The notes beneath the pieces were generated by a model. That model did no database searches and was not told where the DNA came from. It was given only the letters and a program-made list of their open reading frames with translations. A DNA stretch of 62,267 nucleotides, counting the filler, from Sphacelaria rigidula (Eukaryota), in NCBI GenBank assembly GCA_964200075.2. It is 11 parts of 11 records of this genome, joined end to end, with 100 filler letters (N's around TTAATTAATTAA, not from the genome) between each part and the next. Parts side by side here need not be neighbours in the genome. Positions count along the whole stretch, not along the records: positions 11,341 to 16,910 come from CAXNAA020026242.1; positions 17,011 to 22,580 come from CAXNAA020026243.1; positions 22,681 to 28,250 come from CAXNAA020026244.1; 8 more parts are not named here. One strand, given 5' to 3'. The translations under genes were made by a program, and so were the position numbers. Below, one piece after another: positions 12,657 to 25,254 of the stretch. The stretch's first letter is position 1. Every line of letters starts with the position of its first letter.

Positions 12657-12782
12657 GCAAGTGGGGTTTGAGAAAAAGACCAGCAGTAGGAAATGATTGA
12701 AGCGTTCCTCTTGGTTCGTGACGTGATAACCTTCATAGTGGTATATTTCCCACTTGATTTTCCCCACATGAGTAATTTTTCC

Positions 12783-12985
12783 GGGTTTTCGGTTCCGACG
12801 ACTCATCACGATTTCTGTTTGATCCCCAAACTGTGGGAACCGAGAGACGAGTACCCGACACACATCTAGAAAACAATTATGCCCATTTTTGAACGAGTTA
12901 CAGGCTCATCGATTGCTGGGGACCCCACTCAGTCCCCGTTACTTTCTCTTCGATATTTTCGCTCGACAAGTAGATCCGGGTCGTT
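12783..12985 (+). repeat. Dispersed ~210-bp repeat (family D); also 16075-16293 and 59815-60033
   Basis: Three diverged copies share gggaaccgag..acccgac..ttttgaac..ggctc..atattttcgctc. Confidence 0.75.
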
Positions 12986-13230
12986 ATGTGCGAACACTCC
13001 TATGGTTCAGTATTTACCTTTTTGATACTCAGTGCGCTACTTCTGCCATGACATTGAAATGCATTTACCGCTTTGTCTCCTCAGGCCCGTGTATTGGTAC
13101 TTGCCGAAGATCTTAAGATCTCAGGTTTGTTGAGAGGAAGGCTAATTGAGCTGGATCTGCAGGGTCTGATCAGGTTTTGATTACAAGGATATGAATTTGA
13201 GCCCGTTTCATGTGACAGTCGTGATCCCCC

Positions 13231-13271
13231 TCAATGGTCACACGACTAAGGCAAGCAACAAATGAGTACGC
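13231..13271 (+). mobile_element. Family-A subfamily-B 3' fragment; also 48291-48357 (-), 49746-49811 (-), 50082-50150 (-), 50853-50922 (+)
   Basis: Shared terminus tcaatggtca.acgactaaggcaagcaacaaatgagtacg, followed by C-rich runs. Confidence 0.8.
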
Positions 13272-14882
13272 CCTTCCCCCCCCACCCCCCCCTCCCTTGA
13301 GGCACTCATGCGCCATCACTAGAACCATCTACCTCTTGGTGAGAAAGCGTGTAGGTAAGAACGAATGAAGAGCGTTGACACCTTGAACGAGGACCAATGA
13401 TGTAGAGGATAAGCTTCCCGTGCAGTCGGGAGACATCACCTCCTGCGTGAACCAGGATACTGGGATAAAGGTGTTATTCCGAACTGTCAGATACAGCTAC
13501 TGTTGTTCAATCGGTGTTGTCCCTTTTGTCATCAGTTCTAGCGGAGTGTGTTGCCCATATACGCCAGTATAGCCCCTTGACAATAGGCGCCGACGGTAGG
13601 AAGCCAAGAGACCGTGTTCTTTTTATCACATGCGGTCAGTAAAAACCCCGTAATGAATGGGGTTTTACTCCGTATTGGTTCGACAGCACATCGTTGAGAA
13701 GTGTGTCCTGAGCACGACCTACTTCGTTTCCCGACGCCTACCGACTCTCAAGCTTTCGAATGAATACGACAAGTTGTCAGCGAAAACCCCAAATTGAGCA
13801 AATGTAAACTTGAAATCTGCATTACTGTATGAGTTCCCGACGTGAACGTTAATTTTCCTCTTCCTTGCTGCCGACGATACACCTTTCAGACGCGGCAGCC
13901 GTGGCGTAAGAGGTGAAATTGTTCAACTTCTGTCGAGATGTTTGTGCTGGTGAGACGCGACGATACGAGTCGTCTCTGAGGCATGCCCGTGCGTCGTTTA
14001 GGCCATAGCAAGATGGTGGTGCGGACGTTTTGGTTTATCTGTGAAGTAGACAAGGCGTCGCGATCATGACGTATTATTGTGGAGGTTTCCAAATGATCCC
14101 ATGTGGCGTTCATGTGACGGGAAGAGATTCTTGTTTGTCTTATCCAGCAGTGACCACCGCTTGTCACATTTAACTTCCGCTGCTAGGCTACTGCAAGTTG
14201 AGTGTATGTTAACAAAACTACCACCAGTAGCAGCGTTGAACGGTTGTCGAATGACTTATGTGGATGTTGGGGTTTTGGCGTGATTGACCGCATCTCATGG
14301 GAAGTAAGTTTTTCGCTGGGCTTTGGGTTCCGAAAATCTTGACACCATTCTTTTTTTCAAAACAAGAAAATCCTTATCACGCCTGGACACGTGCATCACC
14401 GCACTGAGAGCAGTCGAGGTCAGCTGTCGTGTCTGATCAGGGCTTCCGTGCACGGCCACTCGACGAAAATGTAACCCGTCGTGGAAAATGTGTGGTATTC
14501 GGTGATATTATCGCAGGTCCATGTCGTTTTCACATTGTTCTCATTTCAAATCTGGTTTCCGTGTAGTGAGTGCTCCCGAAACGTCCCAGCCCGCAAATCA
14601 GACGAGTGGTCGGTACCGTTCTGCCTGCTATTCCCTGTTTCAGGGCCATGAATGATGTGGGATGCCGTAGAACTGCGAAATATCGCATGATGATCTACTT
14701 ATACCGGTAATGCTCCTGCTCTTGTATCGGTTTCTTGTCCCTCACAAATGTTGAGTAAACGATGGCGTAAACGGACTCTGCTTGTTTTTTTGTGTACGGG
14801 GCATATGAAACAGAAAACGCACAGTTTCCGTTGGGCTGTACAGTAACAATACTGTGTTCAATTCCCAGTCAGCAGGTTACAT

Positions 14883-15253
14883 CATGTTCGTGAGATTAGG
14901 AACGGATTTATTTTCGGCACGGGAGGTTTTTCGTGACATACATGCATCAAGACTGTCGAATCCTCCGAAACGGTCGTCTATTCCCTGAGAGCCCGTAATC
15001 TGACGAGAGTTTTGATGCGATCAGATTTGAGATCCGTGACACCTTCCATGAGTGTGCTTCCTTATTTTTTGTTTTGTGGACACATCTTCCCTCATACCTC
15101 TGCACGGACGGCGTCGATTGTTTTTTTGCACCAAAATTCCCGTCAAATCACGGGCTTTCAGGGGGTGATGGCCGTTTTGGACAATTCGACCGTCTTGGTG
15201 TAACCCCCCCCCTCGCCTCCGAAACAAAATTCGTTCCTAATCTTACAAACATG
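14883..15253. mobile_element. Degenerate MITE with ~40-bp TIRs
   Basis: catgttcgtgagattaggaacggattt is inverted relative to aaattcgttcctaatcttacaaacatg. Confidence 0.6.
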
Positions 15254-15519
15254 TTATCAGGTACGCGTACACATGCCTTTCACTTATGACCCAAATAACG
15301 GGATCAGCCTCCGTAGGGGACAGCCGACACCCCAGTACTCGGTATTACCGGCAATCGATGCTCCAGGTTCTCTGGGATACTCGGAATGGTTGGCAGTCAA
15401 TACTCGAGGAAGTCGAGAGTAATGGGTACGGAGAATAATTCAGAGTACGTAAACAATCGCGCCCTATCAAGTAGGCGGTGAAACGATATCGTCCCAGACC
15501 CTCACCCCCTTAGCCCTGC

Positions 15520-16025
15520 GTAGACCATGTGTGTACATAGGTGAAGTGTAAGAAAGACGCGGGGCCAACAACGTGCTGTTTTTTTCCCTAGATATACCGA
15601 AGGCCTGTGCCACAGTACGTATGGGGGAATGGGCTGAGGAATATCGATATATATATGCGAGAAAGCGGATCAGTGGGAAAATGTAGACAATGGTGAAAAA
15701 TATGACGAAATGTGCGACAAGTGCTATCGTGCTAGATGAGGAAATATCGAAATATGTTGATATTTTAAAAGGAGTTGTACAAGACTGTACGTCATCACCG
15801 ACCTTATTTAAGGTATTTGTTAGATAGCATGAGAATGACAGTAGAAGCATTAGAGGTAGGGTGCAGGGTGATGGAAGATATGGTGTCGGAATTGATGTTT
15901 GCGGGTGTTTCCATGGAGATATCCGAAATAACACAAGCATTGCAGAAACAGATTAGGGAGACGCTAGAATACACTGAGATATGAAGAGTAACAACGGACA
16001 CAAAAGGGTGCGCGATAGTTGTGTA
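15520..16025 (+). pseudogene. Non-LTR (LINE) reverse transcriptase fragment, decayed
   Basis: Frameshifted translation gives LDIPKACATV..GVVQDCTSSPTLFKVFV..SELMFAGVSMEISEITQALQKQI. These correspond to the RT motifs DxxKAYD, GVxQGCxLSP and FADD (mutated). Internal stops present. Confidence 0.88.
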
Positions 16026-16859
16026 GTAGTCAAAGTTCAACCAAAACACTTTCGGTTGAAAGCAATATTTTCAGTTTTTTCGGTTACCCAGACTCACCAC
16101 GGTTTCTATTTAATCCCACACTTGGGGAACCGAGGACTTGAGTACCCGACGTAAGGTTTTGCAAGAAAGTATGGTCTACGACCCATTTTGAACTAGATAC
16201 AGGCTCGCTGGTCTTCGCGGGTTCTGCGAGTGTAGAGCGCCCGGTTCTCGCTCGTGAAATATATTTTCGCTCCACCGAACCGATTTGTATCGTCATAACG
16301 TATAATTGTATGGGATCAGTTTGCCTATTTTCTTGGTATGCATTGCGCTGTATTCGACAAACCTTGCACGGTTAGGACGAGTACTCACGACTACGAATCA
16401 CCAAATCCACTATTTCTTCGGCCTGATTGCCCAAAAGGGAGAAAAAAGTTGACCGCTGGTCCAAGGGATATCCACGCAACTTTTGCGCCATTCCACGTGG
16501 TGTCTGGGCTGCGTGTACCTGGGTTGCACGCTGAAAACAAAGTCTGGGGATTGATTCGTACAATTCGAATCAATTATACTAAAACCAAGTGATTTCCAGA
16601 CGAATAATCATTTGTCCGACCCTTGAAACCTTATTTTTCGGCCACATGCAGCCAACAGTACTTCATCGATAATCGGGCTTTTATTCCGTATCGTTTCGAG
16701 AGCATAAAATTGGAAGATGTGTCCTCAGCACGACCTCCTGCTTCTTTTTGCAAGGCCTCCCAACTCTCCAATTCTCGAGTAAAGGTGACGAACGGTCTGT
16801 GAATAAACACGATTGAGACTGATACCGCGATAACCCCCCCCCCCCCGCCCCCCAGAAAT

Positions 16860-16910
16860 GGTGACGCACCCATGAGGCAGTGTATAAGCCGTGGCTGTCT
16901 CTGGAACTGG
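16860..16910 (+). mobile_element. Family-A repeat, 5' end
   Basis: Starts ggtgacgcacccatgaggcagtgta, a few bp downstream of a poly-C tract. Confidence 0.85.
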
Positions 16911-17937
16911 NNNNNNNNNNNNNNNNNNNNNNNNNNNNNNNNNNNNNNNNNNNNTTAATTAATTAANNNNNNNNNNNNNNNNNNNNNNNNNNNNNNNNNN
17001 NNNNNNNNNNCGACTAAGATTGGTCGGTAGGGACGAACACGAAGACAGTATCGCTGCTCATGCAATCCAAAACAGTGTTCGCGATTCGTGAACGCAACGC
17101 AACAGAACGGACAGGAAAAGCTTCGACACCTGAGAGGGCTTGAAGGCTTTTGCTGTGAGACAGTAGGGAAACAAGATATTTTCCATGGCTTACTCCTCAG
17201 GCTGATTGTGGAAGGGTCTTCAAATTGAAGCCAACGCCAAGTGAACACTCCACTATAGCCGCGCTTCTTTCCATTCACCTGGGTTACCAGGATCGGGTGC
17301 AGGAAGGTTGACATGAGAGGCGAGCTTCACACGCTCATTAATTAAGCAGATTCGGGCCCGGTACATCTTCAGTATGCCGACTTGTGTACACCAAACGGTC
17401 AGATCTCTGTCAATTTCCCCCACAATTGCATCTGGGCAAACTGACTATGTACGCAGGACCATACCCATGTTATCACACGATAATTGAGTGACTGAGCTGT
17501 ATTGAAACGCACTGAAATTCAGTACCGCTGCTTCTGTATAGCTTTACGACAAATACCGTAGTGCATCCAGACAGGCAGTCAGGTTTTGGTGACGCTACAT
17601 CAGCCGTTCACCAACGCCGGCCATGCTTGAAGGGCCGTACTTCGAAACCTGACATGTTGACCGCGATGCGGCTTCACAACGCCGCCGCGTACCGTTACTC
17701 GTCATGTACAGGCAGTTTCACAGTGCTACCGCGCGTCTGGTAAAAATGATGTAAAGAAGGTGGTGGTTAAAACTAACGATGCGCGGAAGATCGAAACGTA
17801 CGGTCTATCAAACCCTAAACCTTATCACGACCTACCTTAGCGAGTCTTTATCAAGTTATGAATTACGCCTGCCAACAGACTGAGCAGACAATTGTCATTA
17901 ACAGAAAGTTGCGAAGTTTGAATGGACGAAACACGGC

Positions 17938-20900
17938 ACCCCCCGGTCAGGGGGGGCAGGTCATTGATATTCGGGAGGTTTACTGTTATGAAAAGCGGAT
18001 GTAAATCCCTCGCATTTCTCCCTGCTGGATAGTTCGAGAGCTGGGGGATATCTGCTCCGATACTAAATAAAAACCAGACCCAACCGTGTAGTTTAGTTAT
18101 CTCCACAACGTTTGAAGAAAACCCAGCAAACAATCATCGGTTATGGTCCGCTATATATATGAGGGTTGAGGGGTGAACATTTCCGTTCTAAAACGGTCGA
18201 CAGTCGAACGTGAAGCTCCTGTCGCGCGACCAGTGGGTAGTGCAACTAGCCCTTGCTGGTGCACGTTGTACTAGTGTGTAGCAATTATGACAGTATCTAC
18301 TAGAATGTACACACCTTTTCGATTACCCGCTCCATATTATCGAAAGGAAATAAGACGGTGGATCAAGGATGATCCACCATCAGTCATCAATAACTCAAGG
18401 AATGGGACCATTTACCCATGTTCACCCTGGCTGGGGGGATTAACTCAACACTACCACGATTGGGTAGCTACGGAGAGTGCTGCGAGACAAGATACCTGCA
18501 CGAGGCCACCAGATGGACAGTACACCATCTCCCGTTGTGTGTCCACTCTGCACCTATCGACAATCAAATTCCAACGCGGTTTGTCTGTCCGTGCATGCTA
18601 TGACTACCATCAGACAAGGCTGCGTTTGTCTTGGCAGGGCTTCTGGTCTTGAGGGTCTACGGGTTCCACACATTCCTTGTGCCGACATATATCGAGAAGA
18701 AACCGACCAGGCGGTTGGCTGGTACTGAACAACTAAAGTAATAATTGTAGACATTACGATGCTAGCATTGAAGCCAGACAACGTGTGAATGAATTAGGGA
18801 ACGCGCCTGAGTCCGGAGTATGCGTGCGTTATACAATAGGCTCACCTACAAGCAGGCAGGAAATCACTACATAGAGGGAAACATGATGTTACATGAAGCT
18901 AGGGGGGGTATCACGCGGTGGCAGGTCAAATATTTCGCAAACAGGAATGAAACCGTTGAAGCGGTGTGATCTCCCTTACGCCTTGAAATAAAAACTTGCC
19001 CTCACGGGTGAGTGCACAGGATCGAAGTGTGAAAGCCGATCGTGCAAGGAGCTGTGAGATGAGACAGCTTCATGCTTGCTTTATAGCCGTGACAGGTCAA
19101 ATCTTGTCGTGTAGACCTGAATGAGTACAGTCACGGTGGATGCTAGGATTGCATGACTCTCCAGACTGCTTTACTAAATCTTTCCATGCAACAGCTGCTG
19201 TGTGCTTCCTGCTGTATGATGCAGCTGAAAAGAGCAACACGACACTATGCCGTCTTCACCCATCAAGCTTGTGCTTGCTTACTGTATTTCCCACACGGGA
19301 GGTTTCATTACGTTTGCACACCAGAAACGGGATGGTGTATACAGACGAGGTTGATGGTAAATATCAGTTGAACTCTTACTAATTCGAGAATAATCTATCC
19401 TCGTGCGCCGCTGGACGGACTAACGTTAGACTTGTTCACAACTGACGCTGCTGCTGCTGCACGCTATGATTTTTGGAGTTTCATACAGCTGACTGAAATG
19501 GAACCACGGTACAATAATATATATGCTGCTCCACACATACTCAAACTCGACAAGACCCGCTGAATGAAAAATTGCTTGTGTCTCCACACATTGAGTTGTG
19601 ATAACACCCTTGCGTTTTACGACATACTACCGTTTTATTTATTGTGATGCTGTTACAATATGGCTGTATGAGATGACGGTACTGACTGATTACGGCCTGC
19701 ACCATCTCCTCGATGAAATCGTTCACTTTGTACTCAGTCTAACAGTGCATGAGTAATGTGCTTTCACTGTGGGAACAAAACTGTTCCGAATTACCATCGA
19801 ATATCAAATGTCGGACTATGCATGCGGAAGAACCTCTGCCGTGTACTATCTATTCGAGACTATATACTGTGGGGACACATGAGGTAGTAATGGCCGTGTT
19901 GCTTGAGTGAAACTACTCAACGCGATATCAACCAGCAGATGGGAGTTAACGAACCGCATGCGGAAAAGATGCACAGGAGCTATCGAGATGTTGTCGGCTA
20001 CGAGTAGTAACGAGTACATCATATACTTTTGGGAACGCGAACCACTTGCTAGAGTATCTCATGCATTGCCAAGGATGCAACGGTGAAAGAATGTCATTTT
20101 TACTCTCTATATACTTCGCAAATGCACGAAACTGCTCGTGTGACCGTAATGCAATACTGGTTGTGCATACATGCTACAAGGCACGATACCATGTGAGCCG
20201 ATTTGTCGTGAACGGAAATTGCAAAGCTTGAATCAACATGGGGTATTTACCCTACCCCGGTCGGGGGGGGCGGGGGCAGATCATTGATGCGATAATGTAT
20301 GTTATTTTCATGGAAGTTGCATGTAACTTCAACGTGGTTCCCCCTGATTGATAGTTTTGCTCTTGCTGGACGGCTACAAAGGGTGTGGGCGAGCCATACA
20401 TGCTTGAGAACTTCGGGACTATGTGATGTCTGCTCCGATTTTGAAGAAATTAGACCCAACTATGTACTTTGACTTTACTTCACGACTTTCAATACATGGG
20501 TGATCGTTTCCACGTGCACCCAATAACCGCACCTCATACATGACCGAGTATGCAACTGATAGAGAATGATATTGTTACGCTGCCGTCCGCTAATGCACGA
20601 AGATCTGTTTGTATAACCGTAATGTCAAACTCGTTGTGCATACATGCTACCAGGCACGGTACTATGTAAGCCGATTAGCCGTGAACAGAAATTGCGAGGC
20701 TTGAATGAACGAAACATAAGAGTTCTGTGAAGTTGTTTCGATTCTAAGAGATCAAACCCAACCATGTACTTATAGTTCTATTTCGACTGTGAATACGTGG
20801 GTGGTTGTTTACAGGTCCACTGCTGAACATACCATTATTTGATCAAAATTTCCCGCAGCGGTGGATCACAGGACTGCATGAAGCCTGCAACAGTTGCTCG

Positions 20901-21360
20901 TCAACAATTGTTGTTGGTGCCCGCCTGCCAAATTTCATGTAGCTACTCATAAGTGTGATAATGAACTCAGATCCACAACGATTGAGCGGCTATGAGGGAA
21001 GCTGCAAGCTAATGTGTTTGCATGCGGCCACCAGACGGATGCTCCGTCAGTTCCCGTTGACCGTCTATACTCGTGCACGCTCCGACAACCAATTCGAAGA
21101 TGACCGTCAACTTGTGCACGCTCTGACACTCCATCCGAAGATGACCGTCTACGTGCGTGCTCCGACGATCAATTCGAAGATGACCGTCTACCTGTGCGCG
21201 CTATGATCGTCCCGGAGGCAGGGCTACACTCTTCTGGTCCTGAGAGTCCATGGGTTCCACACATTCCTTTGCCGGATTTACACTAGAAATAATCTGATGG
21301 AAGTCGTTGGCTTGTAATGAACGACTCGTGTGTTTATCGTGGAGACTATGCAAGTTGCCA
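17938..21360 (+). repeat. Old segmental duplication (17938-18780 vs ~20255-21360) with a further internal duplication (20121-20234 vs 20592-20706)
   Basis: Collinear shared anchors: ccccggtc.ggggg, tctgctccgat..agacccaac, ggccaccaga, cttctggtc.tgag.gtc.a.gggttccacacattcctt. Confidence 0.65.
21057..21202 (+). repeat. Short minisatellite, ~40-bp unit, ~3.5 copies
   Basis: Repeated cgaagatgaccgtc.ac..gtgc.cgctc.gac. Confidence 0.8.
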
Positions 21361-21514
21361 ACATACAAGCCGGACATCGAATGGATGGACGAGAAAGTTG
21401 TATGAACCATATATATATATATATGCTTGCACCATGCGGCGAACAAGCAAGATTTGATTGCATACAGGAAAATGGGCGAGGACGAATGCTCAAGATGCCA
21501 AGACCATGATTGTC

Positions 21515-22357
21515 GAACGGTTGACAGGGGGCCAGGAGTGTCCCTTGTGCGTGCGAACAGGTTGACAGAGATCCAGGATTTCCCATGTGTTTTCGAGCAG
21601 GTTGACAGGGAGCCAGGATTTCCCATATGTTTTCGAACAGGTTGACAGGGGAGCCAGGAGTTTCCCATGTGTTTTCGAGCAGGCTGACAGGGGGCCAGGA
21701 GTGTCCCTTGTGCGTGCGAGTAGGTTGACAGGGAGCCAGGAGTTTCCCATATGTTTTTGAACAGGTTGACAGGGGAGCCAGGAGTTTCCCATGTGTTTTC
21801 GAGCAGGCTGACAGGGGGCCAGGAGCGCTTTGTGCGTGCAAACAGGTTGACAGAGATCCAGGATTCCCCATGTGTTTTCGAGCAGGTTGACAGGGAGCCA
21901 GGAGTTTCCCATGTGTTTTCGAACGGGTTGACAGGGGGCCAGGAGTGTCCCTTGAGCGTGCGAGCAGGTTGACAGAGATCCAGGATTTCCCATGTGTTTT
22001 CGAACAGGTTGACAGGGGGCCAGGAGTGTCCCTTGTGCGTGCGAACAGGTTGACAGGGGGGCAGGAGTTTCCCATGTGTTTTCGAACAGGTTGACAGGGA
22101 GCCAGGAGTTTCCCATGTGTTTTCGAACAGGTTGACAGGGGGGCAGGAGTTTCCCATGTGTTTCCGAGCAGGTTGACAGGGATTCAGGACTTCTCATGCG
22201 TTTTCGAGCAGGCTGACAGAGAGCCAGGATTTCTCGTGTGTTTTCGAACAGGTTGACAGGGGAGCCAGGAGTTTCCCATGTGTTCTCGAACAGGTTGACA
22301 GAGGGGCAGGAGTTTCCCATGTGGTTTCGAACAGGTTGACAGGGGGCCAGGGGATTC
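21515..22357 (+). repeat. Minisatellite, 39-42-bp unit, ~21 copies
   Basis: Consensus gaacaggttgacagggrgccaggagtttcccatgtgttttc with interspersed variant units (ggagtgtcccttgtgcgtgc; gagatccagga). Confidence 0.97.
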
Positions 22358-23815
22358 CGATGCGTCTTAGAACAGCGCGAACGCCATTATATCCGAAGCG
22401 AGTAGGAACGATGCACAACAGCTGTGGGTACAAGCTGGAGTTTGGCCCCACAGTGCGACGTAATCGCTAGCAAAGCAAGGCCACGACCCAAGGTGGGAGA
22501 GTATGTGGCTTGCTGATCCTGTGTTCGGCTCGTGACTCAAACCGTATGTTTTTCTCATACAAGGGCAGTCGTCGACCGTANNNNNNNNNNNNNNNNNNNN
22601 NNNNNNNNNNNNNNNNNNNNNNNNTTAATTAATTAANNNNNNNNNNNNNNNNNNNNNNNNNNNNNNNNNNNNNNNNNNNNCCTCCAAACAAAGAGGGTAC
22701 CCAGGTTTGTCGCTAATGCACCATAGTATAGCCTACTGTGACGTTTGCCCAATATTTTTTACACTGGTTTTCCATCTAGAGCTCAGTAGTAAAATGCAGT
22801 ACTCAGGGAATCAGCCGTGTGTTGAACGGTTTGACTGGGTGACATGTCTACTATGTCTTGACTGTTATGACCTGATGGCCGATGCCCTCAGCGGGTAGTA
22901 TTTTCCGCTCATTTTTTTTCGTAAGCATTTGTGGGAGGAGTCGGATTTAATTTCAACGTTTGTTGCTGTGTGTGCGTGCGTTTTTCTTCAGTGTTACACG
23001 CGTCAGACAGCTCAAGCCACCTTACCCACAGTTGACTCATTTTCGTGTACCTCAAGCGGTTGTTACTCTCAATGGCCGGGTTATACCACAAAAGTGAGGC
23101 CATACATGAGTTGTCCCGCGTGTAATTTTTGCCGCCGAGTTTTTTTGTGTACATATCAGAACGTATTTTCCGAGTTTCTTTTCTCTATCTTGCGTGCATT
23201 CGTGTGCGTGTCTAAAACAAAACGCGCGTGCTCCTAGGCTCCCTTAGCTTATACCTTGTGTACTGTGGCGTCTAAAACCCTGAGCTTGAGCTCATATATG
23301 TGAATATATTCATGTGACCACGGATGGATCCCTCGGGGGGTTAGTTGAAGTGCGACAATCAAAGAATGAAACAATCAAAATGAATCAAAATAAGATGTAT
23401 GATATCTTGTGCCTGCGAGTGGGTTAGTAACACATGATATGACGTTAGTGTGCGGCAATCAAGCGACCAATCAAAACCAAACCGAGACGTGATATGTGTA
23501 TGGTTTTGAACATGCTAGCGTGAAAAAAACAGTCGGCTGACATCGATCGTTTAAAGTTGTCGTCTGCCACTCTTACATTGAGAGTGGTGTCGTCTCTGTT
23601 GGGTACCCTGACCGTCCGGTGACCTTCGTTTTAGCACTGCCCAAGCCGGGAAGAAAGACTCTTGTAGTCGAGGCCCCAAAAGCAACGCACAGAGCGCCGA
23701 AAGCGTGGCGTTCTTTTCCTGAGAGGCACCACCTTCCCCCTTGTACTATGCTTGTCGTTGCTCGCCTTCCCGCTCCGCGCTGGCCCCTCATGTGAACCCT
23801 TTGGGTTAATACAAC

Positions 23816-23957
23816 ATGCCGCATGCGGATGTAACCTCGACTCCAGCTGGCAGCAGCCCCCCAGAGGGCTACGAGGTGGTGTGCGATGGAGACGTGTGCG
23901 AAATGAAGCCCAAGGCAACAACTTCGTTACCGCTGGATGATGACTCTGCAGCGACAG
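23816..23957 (+). CDS. Unknown acidic protein with CDGDVC motif, probable first coding exon
   Basis: ATG start, encodes MPHADVTSTPAGSSPPEGYEVVCDGDVCEMKPKATTSLPLDDDSAAT(G). Donor AG|gtcggt is phase 1 and compatible with the exon at 25064. Confidence 0.6.
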
Positions 23958-24671
23958 GTCGGTGCACCATTAGACATTTATACGACGAGAATAAGGCGCT
24001 ATCAGACATGATGTGACAATATGCTACAGTAGCGGTATACCCGTGGTTTATATGGTGTGCGTTCATCGTGGGACAGATATCCATTTCTACCTTGTTCAGT
24101 TTTTATTGATATGTGTATATACAGTACTTGTGGATCCAGGTGAAATCCCTGCTGGGTGCTTGTGGATGGGACGATCACCGCTATGCCAGCATGATCCGAT
24201 AAGGACACATACGTGTGTGTGTGTGTGTTCACGCATTTTTTTTGTATTTTTATTTCAATCTCCTCTCGTCTCGTCCGCCCCTTTCTCTTGGAATGAGTCC
24301 TTTCATGAGATGAGTTCGTTGTCTTACGGGGTGAGTTCACGTATTTCTCTATACTATAGCCACCTTGCTATTTGTTACTGAGCACTGTGATCGGTGAGTA
24401 TCGCTCCCGTGTCCTGTAACTTCCATTCAATTAATTTCGCCAACCTTCAAAGGGTGTGGTGGGTACGGTATTTCCTACATTTAGCTATTTTGAAAAATCG
24501 TACTCCAAACACGCAGAATTTTTGGGTAGAGTTTGGAAATATTACCACCGCAACACATAATTCGCAACAAACCTTTGCAACCTTCGCTCTCACAGTTTCG
24601 GACTACGTGCAACATCACAGAAGCACAGTACTTGCCCACGGGCATGGCATGAAGCCATGTTCACGAGACAC

Positions 24672-25026
24672 TGTGTGTGTTGTCGTCCCATGTATTTTGG
24701 ACACCGGTCTACACCTTTCGGTATATGTGGGCACACCAGTCGAGGTGACACAGGAGGAAGGCCAACACAGGAGTATTTTCAAGTTTGTTTGATTTAATTG
24801 TCCACCTTCCTTCTGCGGTGCTTGCCTTTATTTTTCGTCGCAAGAGGGGTTCAGCAATCCCTTTCCCTCATCGACCATTGAGTCGAATTTTGTGTGCCCA
24901 CGACATAGTTGCTCTCCACTGTTGAGTATTGCGTGAGAAAAAATCCCAGATCGCTCCGAGATTCGAACCCACGACCCAACCGTCAGACGGTTTTCGAGGT
25001 TACCAACTGAGCCACCGGGGCGACCG
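24672..25026 (-). mobile_element. tRNA-derived SINE (family B), intronic
   Basis: Head cgccccggtggctcagttgg (A box) then gggttcgaatc (B box), with a CA-rich tail. Full copy at 30340-30699, partial at 43550-43670. Confidence 0.88.
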
Positions 25027-25063
25027 TTCATAGTATCCGCATCTCGTCTCCGTCCTTGGGTAG

Positions 25064-25254
25064 GTCCCGAGGTGGATTCAGCCCAAGGCGTCGTGGACGA
25101 TGATGGACAACACCGGCCTACTACCAGCCCGAGTGCGATCGAGGAGGAAGCTGGTGATGCTGCCGTGGCGGATGGTGGTGAGGACAGTGCTGCAGACTTG
25201 GAGGAGGTACAAGAGGAGAGTCCCTTGCCGCTTGACCCTGACGTTGAGCAACTG
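25064..25254 (+). CDS. Unknown acidic protein, exon 2 (may lead into a UBA-like domain)
   Basis: Pyrimidine tract and tag acceptor; encodes (G)PEVDSAQGVVDDDG...EESPLPLDPDVEQL with donor gtgagc. In frame with exon 1. The UBA link is inferred only from DPDVEQL. Confidence 0.65.

Noticed and set aside
17030..17130. C2HC zinc-finger-like peptide (CPFCC...HEQRYC) on the minus strand
   Set aside because: No supporting exon structure or additional motifs; could be chance.
19696..19740. Possible micro-exon TEYKVNDFIEEMVQA (minus strand) and other exon-like stretches at 31579-31764 and 49181-49309
   Set aside because: Plausible acceptors, but no recognisable domain or phase-compatible partner exon.
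21201..22320. Long ORFs (265-318 aa) and CRISPR-like periodicity
   Set aside because: By-product of a 41-bp minisatellite: there are no unique spacers and no cas genes, unit length varies, and all three frames give the same repeated peptides.
24945..25026. tRNA genes at 24945-25026, 30340-30415, 11645-11715 and 26080-26150
   Set aside because: A/B boxes are present but no complete cloverleaf, and each continues into a shared repeat body, so these are SINE heads.
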